From Candidatus Cloacimonadota bacterium (GTDB taxonomy: Bacteria > Cloacimonadota > Cloacimonadia > JGIOTU-2): 64,000 bases of DNA. The DNA is taken from positions 16,013 to 80,012 of the forward strand of contig JAUWMT010000001.1 of assembly GCA_030613025.1 (NCBI GenBank), given 5' to 3'. Below the pieces are notes generated by a model that was not told the origin of the DNA, made no database searches, and saw nothing but the letters and a program-made list of their open reading frames with translations. Positions 29,581-39,776 of the stretch are shown piece by piece. Within the stretch, counting starts at the first letter, position 1. Every line of letters starts with the position of its first letter. The position numbers were made by a program, and so were the translations under genes.

Positions 29581-32421
29581 ATGAAAATAAGCAAAAAAGA
29601 AAAAACTGCACTTGGCATATTTCAAGATGGAATGACTATCAAGGTCGCCCAGCTTACGCTCGTCAACGGTAAGGTAAATCTCGCCGAGCTTACGGAAACG
29701 ACTCTCTCCCTTCCGCTTTTCCCTCATGATGAAACGCTTGTTGAGCCACAGGCAACTACTCCAACAGAACCTGAAGAAGCTGCTCCGATCCCTGACCTTG
29801 CAGACTTTGATGAAGATTTCAAGATACCCGATCTTGCAGAACTTGAAGAATCTGAGATCGAGCCAATAGCAGGAGCTGAACCTGTCATGACAAGTAGGCA
29901 GGAATTTCACAATCTTATCTCACAATTTCCTCTTGACTCATGCAAGATATCAATGAATGCTCCTGAAGAAAACATTTCATTCACACAGTTTGATGAAACT
30001 TTTGCCAGATCTCGCTCCCTCTCAAAAATAAAAAAACAATTACGTGATGAGATTCTTACAAAAGAAGATCTAAAAAACAAGAATTTTACTTTTGATTTTA
30101 TTAGAAACAAGGATAACTCGCTTCTTGCTTTTGTGGAAAGAGGAAAAAACGATATTATTCATGCGTTGCAGGATATAAATCCGCTTATTTCCAAAAAGAG
30201 ATTTTTCTACAGCTATGTTGAGCCAACTGAAATTTCTCTTATGAATCTTGTTCGCAATAATTACAATTTCTCTGATGAAGACTATGTTTTGATAATCTTT
30301 ATTGGCGTCGACACTAAATTCGGCATTGTGATGAAGGGAAATGATTTCGTGAAGAGCTTCCCCCTAATAGTACCGGATACTGACATCGAGCACATGCGAC
30401 AGGTTATATACTCCAAGATAATGCTTGAGCAGGATACTTCTAACGTGAATATCACAAGTAATATACTTTTTACAGGAGAAATGGCAAAAGATGACGATGT
30501 TGAGTATTTCCGCAGCAGGATCAATTCCGGTGCTAATATTTCCAGAATTACCCTTGATAAGCTCCATATTCCTCAGGCAAAAGAACAAGCTTTCACGCCT
30601 GAAAGAATCGCCGATTACTGTATTCCAATAGCACTTGCATGGAAATCTTTGGAAGGACGAAATAAAAACTTTTATCCCTGCAACCTTTTATCATCCCAAA
30701 TAATTGAAAGCCAGAAACCCTTCAAAATAGCGTGGCACGGCTTTATTATCATGACTGCGATATTTTATATTGCCTTTTCTGCTACTTTTAAAAATCTAAA
30801 CATCAGTAAAGAAATCATAGATGTAAATCGTAACAACAGCCAGGTTGAGCTCGAATTAAGACAAAACCGCACAATTGTAACAAAATTGCAGCAGGTTCAA
30901 AATGAGATCGAAGCACTACAAGTAAATCTCCAAAAAGTTGGTGGCTTAGTTGGTAATAAAAATCAATGGTACTATATATTGAATGTCATCTCAAATTCTT
31001 TTAAAGAGCATAAGGTCAGCTGGCTTAATACTCTGAACGGTCTGGATAATACCTTTAAGATAAGCGGCTTCACAACAAGAAAGCGAAACGTTATCCCATT
31101 CTCGAATCTCTTTCCCAATGGAATGATTGCGAAGATAACAGAAAACACAATACAAAATGTGAGCGTCTGGCAATATGACATTACATTCGGATATCCTGAT
31201 CCTCTTGAAATTGCAAAGCAGAAAAAAGAAGGTGAGCCGGGTATTGAATTCATCAAAGACAAAGAACAACTAAAATCGCCACGTGTTCAAATAGATAAGA
31301 TCAAACCTGCCAAAGAGAAGCAAGAAAAGCCGGCGATAAAAACTCAGGCAATTTCAAATAATGATAGAATTCGTTATCAACAAATCACCGATCTCTACTT
31401 TTCCGAGCAATATCAGCAAGCATATGATAAATTTAAACAGTTCCTTATTGAATTTCCAGATAGCAAATATACAAACAGTGCAAGTTACCTGATGGGTGAA
31501 TGTCTTTATCAAATGGATGATATCGATCAGGCAATTCTTGTTTTTAATAAGATCCTCGAGCAGAAAGGTCTGAAAACTCCTGATGCCCTTATGATGCTCG
31601 GTAATGCCTATGCCAAAAATCAAAATATTCCTCAGGCAAAGATCTATTGGAATAGAATTATCGCTGAATATCCTAATAATAGATTAGCACCCATTGCAAA
31701 AAATAAGATTAAATATCATACTCAAATTGCTCCTCAAACTCAAGAAAATAATACCGAGATGCTTTACGAACTCCAACTCTATGCTGACAGCAACTATGAT
31801 ACTGTTCTCAACGAACAAAATAAACTAAAGGTTTTAGGATATAACACTAAATTAATGCCTATGTCCACGAGTAACGGAATTATCTACATACTACGTATTG
31901 ATGACCTGTTCTCTCGAGACGACGCTCTTGCTCTTGGTGAAAAGATAAGTACTCAGCATAATGCATATCATGATTTCTTGATCACCGAGGCAATGCGCGC
32001 GCAAGAACCTGTTGATAAAAGCGTAGAAATCCCAAATATAAACGATAAGAAAAAGATCCAAAAAGAATACTCGGTTATACTTGATAAATATTTTTCAAAT
32101 GATTATCAGGGCGCCTATAACGGCTTCTATTCATTCACTAAGAAATACCCCGATAGTGAGCTTACTGCAAATGCTCAGTATTTCTTGGGAGAAACACAGT
32201 ATCAGATGGATAATATCCCTGAAGCAATTACTATTTTTGAATTTGTTGTTGAGCAGAATTCAGTCAAAACTCCTGATGCCTTGATGATGCTTGGCAATTC
32301 TCATGCCCAGCTCAAGGAAATTGATAAAGCTCTTTATTATTGGAATGAGTTGATGTCACGTTATCCAAAACATCGGCTTTCGGATATTGCTCAGCTCAAA
32401 GCAATTGAGATAAAGGATTGA
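29581..32421 (+). CDS. A 946-aa fusion. A PilM-like cytoplasmic domain is joined through a transmembrane helix to a PilN-like coiled coil and periplasmic domain, then to a TPR (YbgF/CpoB-like) module, a SPOR domain, and a second TPR module.
   Basis: The N-terminus ALGIFQDGMTIKVAQLTLVNGKVNLAEL resembles PilM and carries an acidic PDLA[DE]-repeat insertion. The transmembrane helix is IAWHGFIIMTAIFYIAFSATF, followed by a coiled coil. Two internally duplicated YbgF-like TPR blocks are present (KTPDALMMLGNAYAKNQ...EYPNNRLAPIA and KTPDALMMLGNSHAQLK...RYPKHRLSDIA). They flank a SPOR-like block, LYELQLYADSNYDTVLNEQNKLKVLGYNTKLMP. Confidence 0.6.
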   Translation: MKISKKEKTALGIFQDGMTIKVAQLTLVNGKVNLAELTETTLSLPLFPHDETLVEPQATTPTEPEEAAPIPDLADFDEDFKIPDLAELEESEIEPIAGAEPVMTSRQEFHNLISQFPLDSCKISMNAPEENISFTQFDETFARSRSLSKIKKQLRDEILTKEDLKNKNFTFDFIRNKDNSLLAFVERGKNDIIHALQDINPLISKKRFFYSYVEPTEISLMNLVRNNYNFSDEDYVLIIFIGVDTKFGIVMKGNDFVKSFPLIVPDTDIEHMRQVIYSKIMLEQDTSNVNITSNILFTGEMAKDDDVEYFRSRINSGANISRITLDKLHIPQAKEQAFTPERIADYCIPIALAWKSLEGRNKNFYPCNLLSSQIIESQKPFKIAWHGFIIMTAIFYIAFSATFKNLNISKEIIDVNRNNSQVELELRQNRTIVTKLQQVQNEIEALQVNLQKVGGLVGNKNQWYYILNVISNSFKEHKVSWLNTLNGLDNTFKISGFTTRKRNVIPFSNLFPNGMIAKITENTIQNVSVWQYDITFGYPDPLEIAKQKKEGEPGIEFIKDKEQLKSPRVQIDKIKPAKEKQEKPAIKTQAISNNDRIRYQQITDLYFSEQYQQAYDKFKQFLIEFPDSKYTNSASYLMGECLYQMDDIDQAILVFNKILEQKGLKTPDALMMLGNAYAKNQNIPQAKIYWNRIIAEYPNNRLAPIAKNKIKYHTQIAPQTQENNTEMLYELQLYADSNYDTVLNEQNKLKVLGYNTKLMPMSTSNGIIYILRIDDLFSRDDALALGEKISTQHNAYHDFLITEAMRAQEPVDKSVEIPNINDKKKIQKEYSVILDKYFSNDYQGAYNGFYSFTKKYPDSELTANAQYFLGETQYQMDNIPEAITIFEFVVEQNSVKTPDALMMLGNSHAQLKEIDKALYYWNELMSRYPKHRLSDIAQLKAIEIKD

Positions 32422-32425
32422 TGCC

Positions 32426-33301
32426 ATGCCTTATGCAATAAGAAACTCTATTGTTCTTGGTTTACTGCTTATCCTCGTATTTGTGGGAGGGCTGCTTTCA
32501 AATTCTCAATCTGTAAAGCGGCTTGAAAAGTACAAAACGGCATTGGTGAAAAACCAGAAAACACTCGCCCAGCTCAATAAAACTTATCCCGATCTTTGTA
32601 AAACGGACGAGATCATTGCATCATTAGATGACATGAAAAAAAAGGCACTTGAAGATTATAAAATAATTCTCAAAAATGACAATCCCAGCCAAACATATCA
32701 ATACCTCATTGACATAACCGAAACCTTTACTCCAGACTTTAATTTTGACTTTAAGGTCGCCCAGGTGGGCAAAAAGGGTGATCTTTCCTATAATTCATAT
32801 ACTTTGAATGGTTCGGGAAATGTTGAGTCGCTGCATTTCTTTATTTATCAGGTTGAATATCAGGCACCACTTTATATTATCGAATCCGTAAGAATTTCAG
32901 AAACATCAGTTGCTCTTAAAGATACAGTCGATTTTTCCATGAAGCTGATTGTATATTATGACCAACAAACCGGCACCTCAATTTCAGAAATTCCTTTCAG
33001 AAGTTTCAGTTACTCAAACCTGGTTTATAATCCCTTCTGCTCACAGATCCATGCACCGATAGATCGATCTGAGGAAGAAAAGTATATCAACATAAATACC
33101 GCTCTTATAATTGGTCTAACCCCGGATAAGATTTTCCTTCGGGACATTAATGGTATGATCGTAACCCTTGTCCCGGGTTCGAGAGTGGCATATGGATATC
33201 TTAACTATATTAACTGGAAACAGCAATGTGCTGTATTTAATATTAATCGAATTGGTATTACACAGGAAATCAAAATATATTTACAAGGAAATGAATTATG
33301 A
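32426..33301 (+). CDS. PilO/PilN-like bitopic inner-membrane protein
   Basis: The 291-aa protein has the N-terminal transmembrane helix SIVLGLLLILVFVGGLL followed by a coiled coil. It lies between the PilM/N-like gene and the secretin. Confidence 0.45.
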   Translation: MPYAIRNSIVLGLLLILVFVGGLLSNSQSVKRLEKYKTALVKNQKTLAQLNKTYPDLCKTDEIIASLDDMKKKALEDYKIILKNDNPSQTYQYLIDITETFTPDFNFDFKVAQVGKKGDLSYNSYTLNGSGNVESLHFFIYQVEYQAPLYIIESVRISETSVALKDTVDFSMKLIVYYDQQTGTSISEIPFRSFSYSNLVYNPFCSQIHAPIDRSEEEKYININTALIIGLTPDKIFLRDINGMIVTLVPGSRVAYGYLNYINWKQQCAVFNINRIGITQEIKIYLQGNEL

Positions 33302-34494
33302 AAAAAATAATTCTATTACTTTTAATTTCATCACTTTTCGCAGGTTCTTTATCCGCACAGTGGATCTATGAAGATTTTTCATATCAGGAACTGGTTTCCA
33401 TGACCCGCGACACACCTTTCCCGGAAGCGGTAAGGGCGCTCGAGATAATGTCCGCTCAGTTTGAAGGCAAAAAGATCATTAACATGAGTACTTTCCCCGG
33501 AGAGATCGGCGTTCCAATTAAAGAAGTGTACTGGAAGAATGCACTCTTTCTTATCATTAATTTCAATGATCTTGTGCTCGAAGACCTTCCCGGTTCATAT
33601 CTTATTACCGATGCGGCTGAAGCTATCGAAGAAGAATTAGAAAAGGATGCCGAGATAACGCCGGATACCAAACAAGTTAAAATAACTTCAATCTTTTTTA
33701 AAGCAGACAGGTCTGTACTGAAAAGCGTTGGTATTGACTGGTCCACTCTTATCAATGGCAAGGTCATTGCATCTATTAACTTCAAAGGTAGTGGTGTTGG
33801 ACAGGAGATTTTCAATGCTACTGCTGCCACAAAGTTAGAGTCTGGAGATATCTCAATTGATATTAATACACTCTTCAGCATTCTGGAATCTCATCAGAAA
33901 GGTGCTATTATTGCACGTCCATCCATTGTTGTTGTTTCCGGTAAAACAGGTCAGATCCAGGTTGGTCAGGATTTCTCTGTGAAAAAGAAAGATGATGCTG
34001 GTAATGTAACTGATGAATTCTTCCAGACTGGTGTCATCATGACAGTAACTCCTACGGTTGTCGAAAATGAAGATTTTGAAGCAATTCATCTTGAAGTAAG
34101 CGTACAAAAAAGTTCTGCTACTCCCGGCGAGCTTAGCACTATCATTAATAAAAGCGAATCTATTACAGAAGTTTTGCTTTATGACGGTGAAGAAACTGTT
34201 ATGGGTGGTTTATATGATACGGATGAAACGGTTACCCGCATTGGTATTCCCATTCTCAAGGATCTTCCATGGTGGGTTTTGGGCATACGCTACCTGACGG
34301 GCTCAAACAGGCATGAAACCAATGTTCGAGAAATGATTGTCATCATAAAAGCTGAAATTTCTAAACCTATCAACGAGCGAAAGAAAGAAGCACTTTCCAC
34401 ACAGCAGCAAATTGAAGAACATCGTCTTAAGAACCAGAATGCTAAAGACCTTTTTAAAAATGATGAGGAAGACAATGATACAAAGAATAAATAG
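33298..34494 (+). CDS. pilQ: Short secretin (GspD/PilQ family C-terminal domain)
   Basis: A signal peptide MKKIILLLLISSLFAGSLSAQ is followed by the secretin signature RIGIPILKDLPWWVLGIRYLTGSNRHETNVREMIVIIKAEI. The protein is only 398 aa. Confidence 0.75.
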   Translation: MKKIILLLLISSLFAGSLSAQWIYEDFSYQELVSMTRDTPFPEAVRALEIMSAQFEGKKIINMSTFPGEIGVPIKEVYWKNALFLIINFNDLVLEDLPGSYLITDAAEAIEEELEKDAEITPDTKQVKITSIFFKADRSVLKSVGIDWSTLINGKVIASINFKGSGVGQEIFNATAATKLESGDISIDINTLFSILESHQKGAIIARPSIVVVSGKTGQIQVGQDFSVKKKDDAGNVTDEFFQTGVIMTVTPTVVENEDFEAIHLEVSVQKSSATPGELSTIINKSESITEVLLYDGEETVMGGLYDTDETVTRIGIPILKDLPWWVLGIRYLTGSNRHETNVREMIVIIKAEISKPINERKKEALSTQQQIEEHRLKNQNAKDLFKNDEEDNDTKNK

Positions 34495-36304
34495 ATACGG
34501 TTTCCTTCTCTTACTTCTCTGCTGTGCAGGATTATTCTTTTTCCTTGTGAGCTGTGATCTTAAGCTCACAGATCCTGATCTTACCAATGCTCCCTCAAAC
34601 CTCAAATTAAAAAAATTGGATGACGGCAGAATCGAGATAACATGGACCTATCATATCCCAGATCATGCTGATTCTGATACGCTTTATTTTGTTATAGGCA
34701 AGAAGGTTGGTACTGGTAATTGGAATGATAATTATCAGTATATTTCAACACTGTACAATGCGTATCCTGATAACATACCTACTAATGACAGTCTTGTGTA
34801 TGCGTATAAGATAAAATTTTATAATAAAACATCCGACGAATCCTCCCCTTATTCTGAAGTAATTGCTTTCATGTCCCATCATTGTGATCCCAGCGACCTT
34901 ATTATCGAACAGAAAACCCAGACACAGGTTGAGGTAAGCTGGCAAGACCATTGCGTTGGCGAAGAGGGATATTATATCGATAAGAAAATCGGGACCGGTA
35001 GCTGGACAAGCAAATACAGAACTCTCAGTGCAAACGCAACATCTTTCACGGATGATGTAAATCTGTTTGAAGAAGTGTATTACCGAGTCAAAGCATTTGT
35101 GGGCACCACTACATCTAATTCAATAGAGCACTCAATTGTACCGACATTTTTAGCTCCTTCAAATCTCGCATTGCAGAAACTCGATCAAAATAAGATCAAG
35201 CTGACATGGCAGGATAACAGTGAAGGTGAGATCGGCTTCCATATCGATAAAAAGATCGGCAGCACCGACTGGGTCACCAGTTATGCTACTGTAGATAGCA
35301 ACACGGTTTCTTTTATTGATAACATCACAGAGCCCTGCGGAACGTTTTATTATAGAGTGAAAGCTTATTCCAGCACTTATACCTCTGCAAATAGTAATGA
35401 AGCACAGATAAATATTCGTCTCGATCTAATCGGTTCTGTCAATACGCCAGGGGTTGCTCAAGATATTATTACTTCCGGCTGGTACGCTTATGTTCCGGAT
35501 AATTATAATGGATTACAGGTCATATATTTTGGAAATCCCGAAAACCCGAATATCGTGCATACAATGTATGACTTTGAAGATCGAGTGCTCTCTGCCGATA
35601 TTGAAGACGATTTTATGTATGTAACCAGTCATAGCGGCAGCACTACTCCGGGAGTTATCACCTCTGTTGATATTACAAATCCACCTAATCCTCAAATATC
35701 AGGCAGCAGCTTGACATCAGGAATTCCCTATGATATCGAAGTGGTTGGAGATTTTGCCTATATTGCAGATGGGGATAATGGACTTACTATTTTCTTTATA
35801 TCAAATTCCACTCCCGATTTTGTAACAAACATAGCCACGGGCGGTCATGCACAGAGTATTTGTGTTGACGGCACAAATGCTTATGTTGCTCAGGGTTTGA
35901 ACGGAATTGCAATTTTTGATATTTCAGATCCCTACAATCCTACCTTAAGTACCACATACGCAACCACCGGTGCCAAAGATATTTTTGTTCAAAATAACTA
36001 TGCCTATATTGCAAACAGCGAGGATGGGCTTCTTGTTCTCGATGTCTCAAATCCTGTTTCTCCAATATTTGTTGCAGAGGTAGATACAGACGGTTTTGTA
36101 AACGGTGTTCATGCAAATGACACTTATATTTATATGACGGATTCGGAAAACGGATTAATAGTTGTTGATAACTCTTTAATTATAAGTCCCTTTATTCTTG
36201 GAAACTATGAAATGACTACAGAACCTTCTTCGTTAACCCTTGCCGGCAGTTATGCACTGCTGATCGATAACGAGGGCATGAAGATTGTTCAGGTAATCCC
36301 TTAA
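34475..36304 (+). CDS. Lipoprotein with three fibronectin type III-like repeats and a C-terminal LVIVD-repeat beta-propeller
   Basis: A lipobox FFFLVSC is present. Three repeats each have a W-anchored Fn3 pattern (IEITWTY, VEVSWQDH, IKLTWQDN). Repeated YAYVA-GLNGIAIFDISDPYNP, LLVLDVSNPVSP and GLIVVDNS motifs identify the LVIVD repeats. The start was moved from 34412 to the Met at 34475 so that the signal peptide is at the N-terminus. The gene still overlaps the secretin gene by 20 nt. Confidence 0.6.
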   Translation: MIQRINRYGFLLLLLCCAGLFFFLVSCDLKLTDPDLTNAPSNLKLKKLDDGRIEITWTYHIPDHADSDTLYFVIGKKVGTGNWNDNYQYISTLYNAYPDNIPTNDSLVYAYKIKFYNKTSDESSPYSEVIAFMSHHCDPSDLIIEQKTQTQVEVSWQDHCVGEEGYYIDKKIGTGSWTSKYRTLSANATSFTDDVNLFEEVYYRVKAFVGTTTSNSIEHSIVPTFLAPSNLALQKLDQNKIKLTWQDNSEGEIGFHIDKKIGSTDWVTSYATVDSNTVSFIDNITEPCGTFYYRVKAYSSTYTSANSNEAQINIRLDLIGSVNTPGVAQDIITSGWYAYVPDNYNGLQVIYFGNPENPNIVHTMYDFEDRVLSADIEDDFMYVTSHSGSTTPGVITSVDITNPPNPQISGSSLTSGIPYDIEVVGDFAYIADGDNGLTIFFISNSTPDFVTNIATGGHAQSICVDGTNAYVAQGLNGIAIFDISDPYNPTLSTTYATTGAKDIFVQNNYAYIANSEDGLLVLDVSNPVSPIFVAEVDTDGFVNGVHANDTYIYMTDSENGLIVVDNSLIISPFILGNYEMTTEPSSLTLAGSYALLIDNEGMKIVQVIP

Positions 36305-36340
36305 TTAAATGTTTAAAAAATATTCATGCAGGAGGATGCA

Positions 36341-39300
36341 ATGAAAAAAATAATATTTCTCATTAGTATGACCTTACTATTTACGTCTTTGCTTACAGCT
36401 CAAACACATATTCCGGCAGGTAATGTGAACGGCACATGGAATGTGGCTGGAAGTCCATACATCATCGATGGAGAGATCCAGATCATCTCCGGAGATCAGC
36501 TTACAATCGATCCCGGTGTAGCTGTTGAATTCTCAGGACATTACAAGTTCATTATCTACGGAAGATTGCTCGCAGAAGGTATAACCGGAAATACAATTAC
36601 CTTCTCAACTCAAACCCCCTTCACAGAATGGCATGGATTACGCTTCATTGACACGAACACAAATGGTCAGGACGGTTCAAAAATTGTGTATTGTGAAATC
36701 GAAGATGGAAAAGCAACTGGAACTTCTCCAGATTATAGGGGTGGTGGAATATATTGCCTTAATTCATCCGATATCCTCATTCAGAATTCAACGTTATCCA
36801 ATAATTCTGCTATCAGCAATGGTGGAGCGATTTACCTTTCAGAATCTGATGTGGTCTTGGATAATGTGATAATTACAGACAATACCGCAAGCGGAGCTGG
36901 TGGTGGGATTTATCTTTATGATTCTGATCCGGTTCTTAATGAAGTGATCATTTCTAATAATAGTGCTACTTATGATGGTGGTGGTATCAATTGCTACAAT
37001 TCTAATCCTACTTTCACATGGTCCCAGATCTATGGCAATACAACGCAATGGAATGGTGCCGGAATTTCATGTTACAATAATTCTGCTCCAATAATTCAAA
37101 ATTCCACATTTAGCAATAACCTTGCCTTTCAAAATGGCTCAGCTATTGCTGTTCTCTATAATTCTGATGTTACATTGCTGAATTGTATTATTTGGAATAA
37201 TGCAAGTAACGGCATCTACGTTGAAACAGCGAGCTCGATTATAGCAACCTACTCGGACATTATGAACGGCACTGGGCAAACCTACTTTGGAGAAGGATGT
37301 ATTGATGAAGATCCTCTCTTTGCTGATCCTGCAAATGAAGACTTCCAGATAACCTGGGCTAATTTCCCTACTCAGGACTCAACAAAATCCCCATGCATAA
37401 ACTCCGGCGATCCAGCTTCTCCTCCCGATCCGGATGGCACACGAGCTGATATGGGTGCACTGACATTCCTTCAATCTGGTATAAGTGGAATAATTACACT
37501 TCAAGGAGGAACTGGGAATGTACAGTATGTCGAAGTGAGTGCAGGTGGCGTTTCTGTTAACCCGGATGCTGCTGGAGAGTATCTTATTACTCTTGCACCC
37601 GGCACTTATACTGTTACTGCTACATTAGAAGGATATACGGCAGATCCTGTCACGGGTGTTATAGTTAATCCGGGACAGGTTACTACCGGTACCGATATAA
37701 CTCTAAATGAAATTTTACCCGGCGAGATTGTTGGTCAAGTTGATCTTGAAGGACTTGGAAATGTTCCTGAAGTCCAGATTACCGCTGGTGGAGAGAGTAC
37801 AAATCCGTATCCTGTTTATGATCCCTATTCTGGCATTTTGCTTTACTATGAATACATTCTCGAGCTACCTCAGGGTACTTATGATGTCACTGCAACAAAA
37901 GCAGGATATCAGGATTCCACAATCACTGATGTGGTGGTTGTTTCGGGACAGCAGACAACCGGTATAAATTTCCTCCTTCTACTCATAAAATATGATGGTT
38001 GGATCTCGGGGACAATTACACTTAAAGATGGTGCAGGTGATGTTACAAATGTTGAAGTAACTTCAGATACTGCTTCAGTTAATCCTGATGCTACTGGATA
38101 TTATGAGATACTTCTTGAAAATGGAACTTACGATGTGACAGCATCACTGGATGATTACACAACAGTTACTATCGAAAATGTAGAAGTAATTGCGAATGAT
38201 ACTACAATGGTAGATATCACACTTTTAAACTGGGAAGTTATTCCAGGAACCCAATATACAATGATGGCTTATGTTACTACTTCATTAGATGGTAAATATC
38301 TTACAAACACTGGAAGCAATCAATTCGCTGCCTTTGGTTCCGGAGGAACTTCTGATTGCCGTGGAATTGCAACCTGGAATGAGGGAAATTATAATTGTCC
38401 CCCATACTTTGGATGGGATGGTTATTATGACCTTGATGGATACTGGTATATAACCATTGTGAGTAATAATGACTCCGGAACAGATACTCTCAGCTTCAAG
38501 ATGTATGACACTGATACTGACAGTATTTATGATTGTTATGAAACGATTATCTTTGAAGATTGCACGGTCACACATTTCGATGTCATAGCACAGAATGAGG
38601 TAGATCAAGATTTTTCTCTTATTGCTGAGTGGAACTGGATTTCTTTTAATGCTCATCCTGAAGACACTTCTATCAACTCTGTTCTTGCACCCCTTGGAAG
38701 CAATGGCTTACAGATAAAGAATCAAACCCAATCAGCAAACTATATCGATCCTCCAGGAACGTGGGTAGGTACACTTACTAGTATTACTGATGGAGAAGGA
38801 TATCTTCTTAATATGTTGAATCCGGTTGATCCTTTTACTGTGACAGGATATCGAATAAATCCAGAAACACATCCGATACCATTGTATTATGCACCTGTGA
38901 ACTCGTACAACTGGAATTGGGTCGGGTATTATCCAACTGTAGAGCTCACGCTGTACGAAGCACTCGCGAGTCTAGGCAGTAATGTTAAGGCAATAAAGAC
39001 ACAGTCAAAATCTGCAGTGTATTATAACAGTACTTGGATTGGAGACCTTCTTACTATGCAACCCTGTGTGAGTTATAAGATCAACATGGGTTCGGCAGGC
39101 ACGCTTACATATCCAATTGCCGAATCTTCAAAAGATAATCCTCTCATTACTACAATCAGCAATCCAATTGGCTGGGAAGTCTTAACCGGTTGTGATAAGA
39201 ATATGATCGCAATAATCAATCTTATCAACATTGAGAATCCTTCTTCGATCTCGATTGGCGTCTTTGATGACAATGGAATTTGCCACTCAATAGGATCCTA

Positions 39301-39766
39301 TCAAAACGAGGTGTGGTATTTCACAATTGTAGGAACTGAATCTCAAGTCCTTCATTTCGAAGCAGTTGATAATGTATCTGGAAAATATCTCACATCTTAT
39401 CAGTCAATTAGCTTCGAAAATGACATTATACTTGGACACATGGCAGAGCCGCTTGAAATAAGTTTAGAAACGACTGCACACTCAAACCATGTTATTGAAC
39501 TTTATAGAAATCATCCGAATCCAGTCTATCTTTCAACATCGATACACTATTACATTCCAGAATCCTCTCATGTAGAACTTACTATTTACAATATTCTTGG
39601 TCAAAAGGTTAAGACGCTTATTTCTACCAAACAGGATGCAGGAGAATATGCGTTAACATGGAATGGCTTAGATGAGAACGGTAATCGTCTTTCAAGTGGA
39701 ATTTACTTCTATAAACTCACTGCAAATGCATCTTCCGTAGTTAAAAAGATGCTAATAATAAAATAA
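36341..39766 (+). CDS. Large secreted protein with parallel beta-helix repeats, three CarbopepD_reg-like domains and a T9SS C-terminal sorting domain
   Basis: The signal peptide is MKKIIFLISMTLLFTSLLTAQ. PbH1 repeats are present (NNSAISNGGAIYLSESD..., TDNTASGAGGGIYLYDSD...). CarbopepD_reg-like units are present (AGEYLITLAPGTYTVTATLEGY). The C-terminus ELTIYNILGQKVKTL...SGIYFYKL is a T9SS CTD. The start was set at the ATG that is 5 nt after a GGAGGA ribosome-binding site. Confidence 0.8.
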   Translation: MKKIIFLISMTLLFTSLLTAQTHIPAGNVNGTWNVAGSPYIIDGEIQIISGDQLTIDPGVAVEFSGHYKFIIYGRLLAEGITGNTITFSTQTPFTEWHGLRFIDTNTNGQDGSKIVYCEIEDGKATGTSPDYRGGGIYCLNSSDILIQNSTLSNNSAISNGGAIYLSESDVVLDNVIITDNTASGAGGGIYLYDSDPVLNEVIISNNSATYDGGGINCYNSNPTFTWSQIYGNTTQWNGAGISCYNNSAPIIQNSTFSNNLAFQNGSAIAVLYNSDVTLLNCIIWNNASNGIYVETASSIIATYSDIMNGTGQTYFGEGCIDEDPLFADPANEDFQITWANFPTQDSTKSPCINSGDPASPPDPDGTRADMGALTFLQSGISGIITLQGGTGNVQYVEVSAGGVSVNPDAAGEYLITLAPGTYTVTATLEGYTADPVTGVIVNPGQVTTGTDITLNEILPGEIVGQVDLEGLGNVPEVQITAGGESTNPYPVYDPYSGILLYYEYILELPQGTYDVTATKAGYQDSTITDVVVVSGQQTTGINFLLLLIKYDGWISGTITLKDGAGDVTNVEVTSDTASVNPDATGYYEILLENGTYDVTASLDDYTTVTIENVEVIANDTTMVDITLLNWEVIPGTQYTMMAYVTTSLDGKYLTNTGSNQFAAFGSGGTSDCRGIATWNEGNYNCPPYFGWDGYYDLDGYWYITIVSNNDSGTDTLSFKMYDTDTDSIYDCYETIIFEDCTVTHFDVIAQNEVDQDFSLIAEWNWISFNAHPEDTSINSVLAPLGSNGLQIKNQTQSANYIDPPGTWVGTLTSITDGEGYLLNMLNPVDPFTVTGYRINPETHPIPLYYAPVNSYNWNWVGYYPTVELTLYEALASLGSNVKAIKTQSKSAVYYNSTWIGDLLTMQPCVSYKINMGSAGTLTYPIAESSKDNPLITTISNPIGWEVLTGCDKNMIAIINLINIENPSSISIGVFDDNGICHSIGSYQNEVWYFTIVGTESQVLHFEAVDNVSGKYLTSYQSISFENDIILGHMAEPLEISLETTAHSNHVIELYRNHPNPVYLSTSIHYYIPESSHVELTIYNILGQKVKTLISTKQDAGEYALTWNGLDENGNRLSSGIYFYKLTANASSVVKKMLIIK

Positions 39767-39776
39767 ATAATACTTT

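Noticed and set aside
34412-34474. Extended N-terminus of the Fn3/LVIVD lipoprotein
   Set aside because: The upstream part overlaps the secretin coding sequence. The lipoprotein signal peptide and lipobox begin at the Met at 34475.
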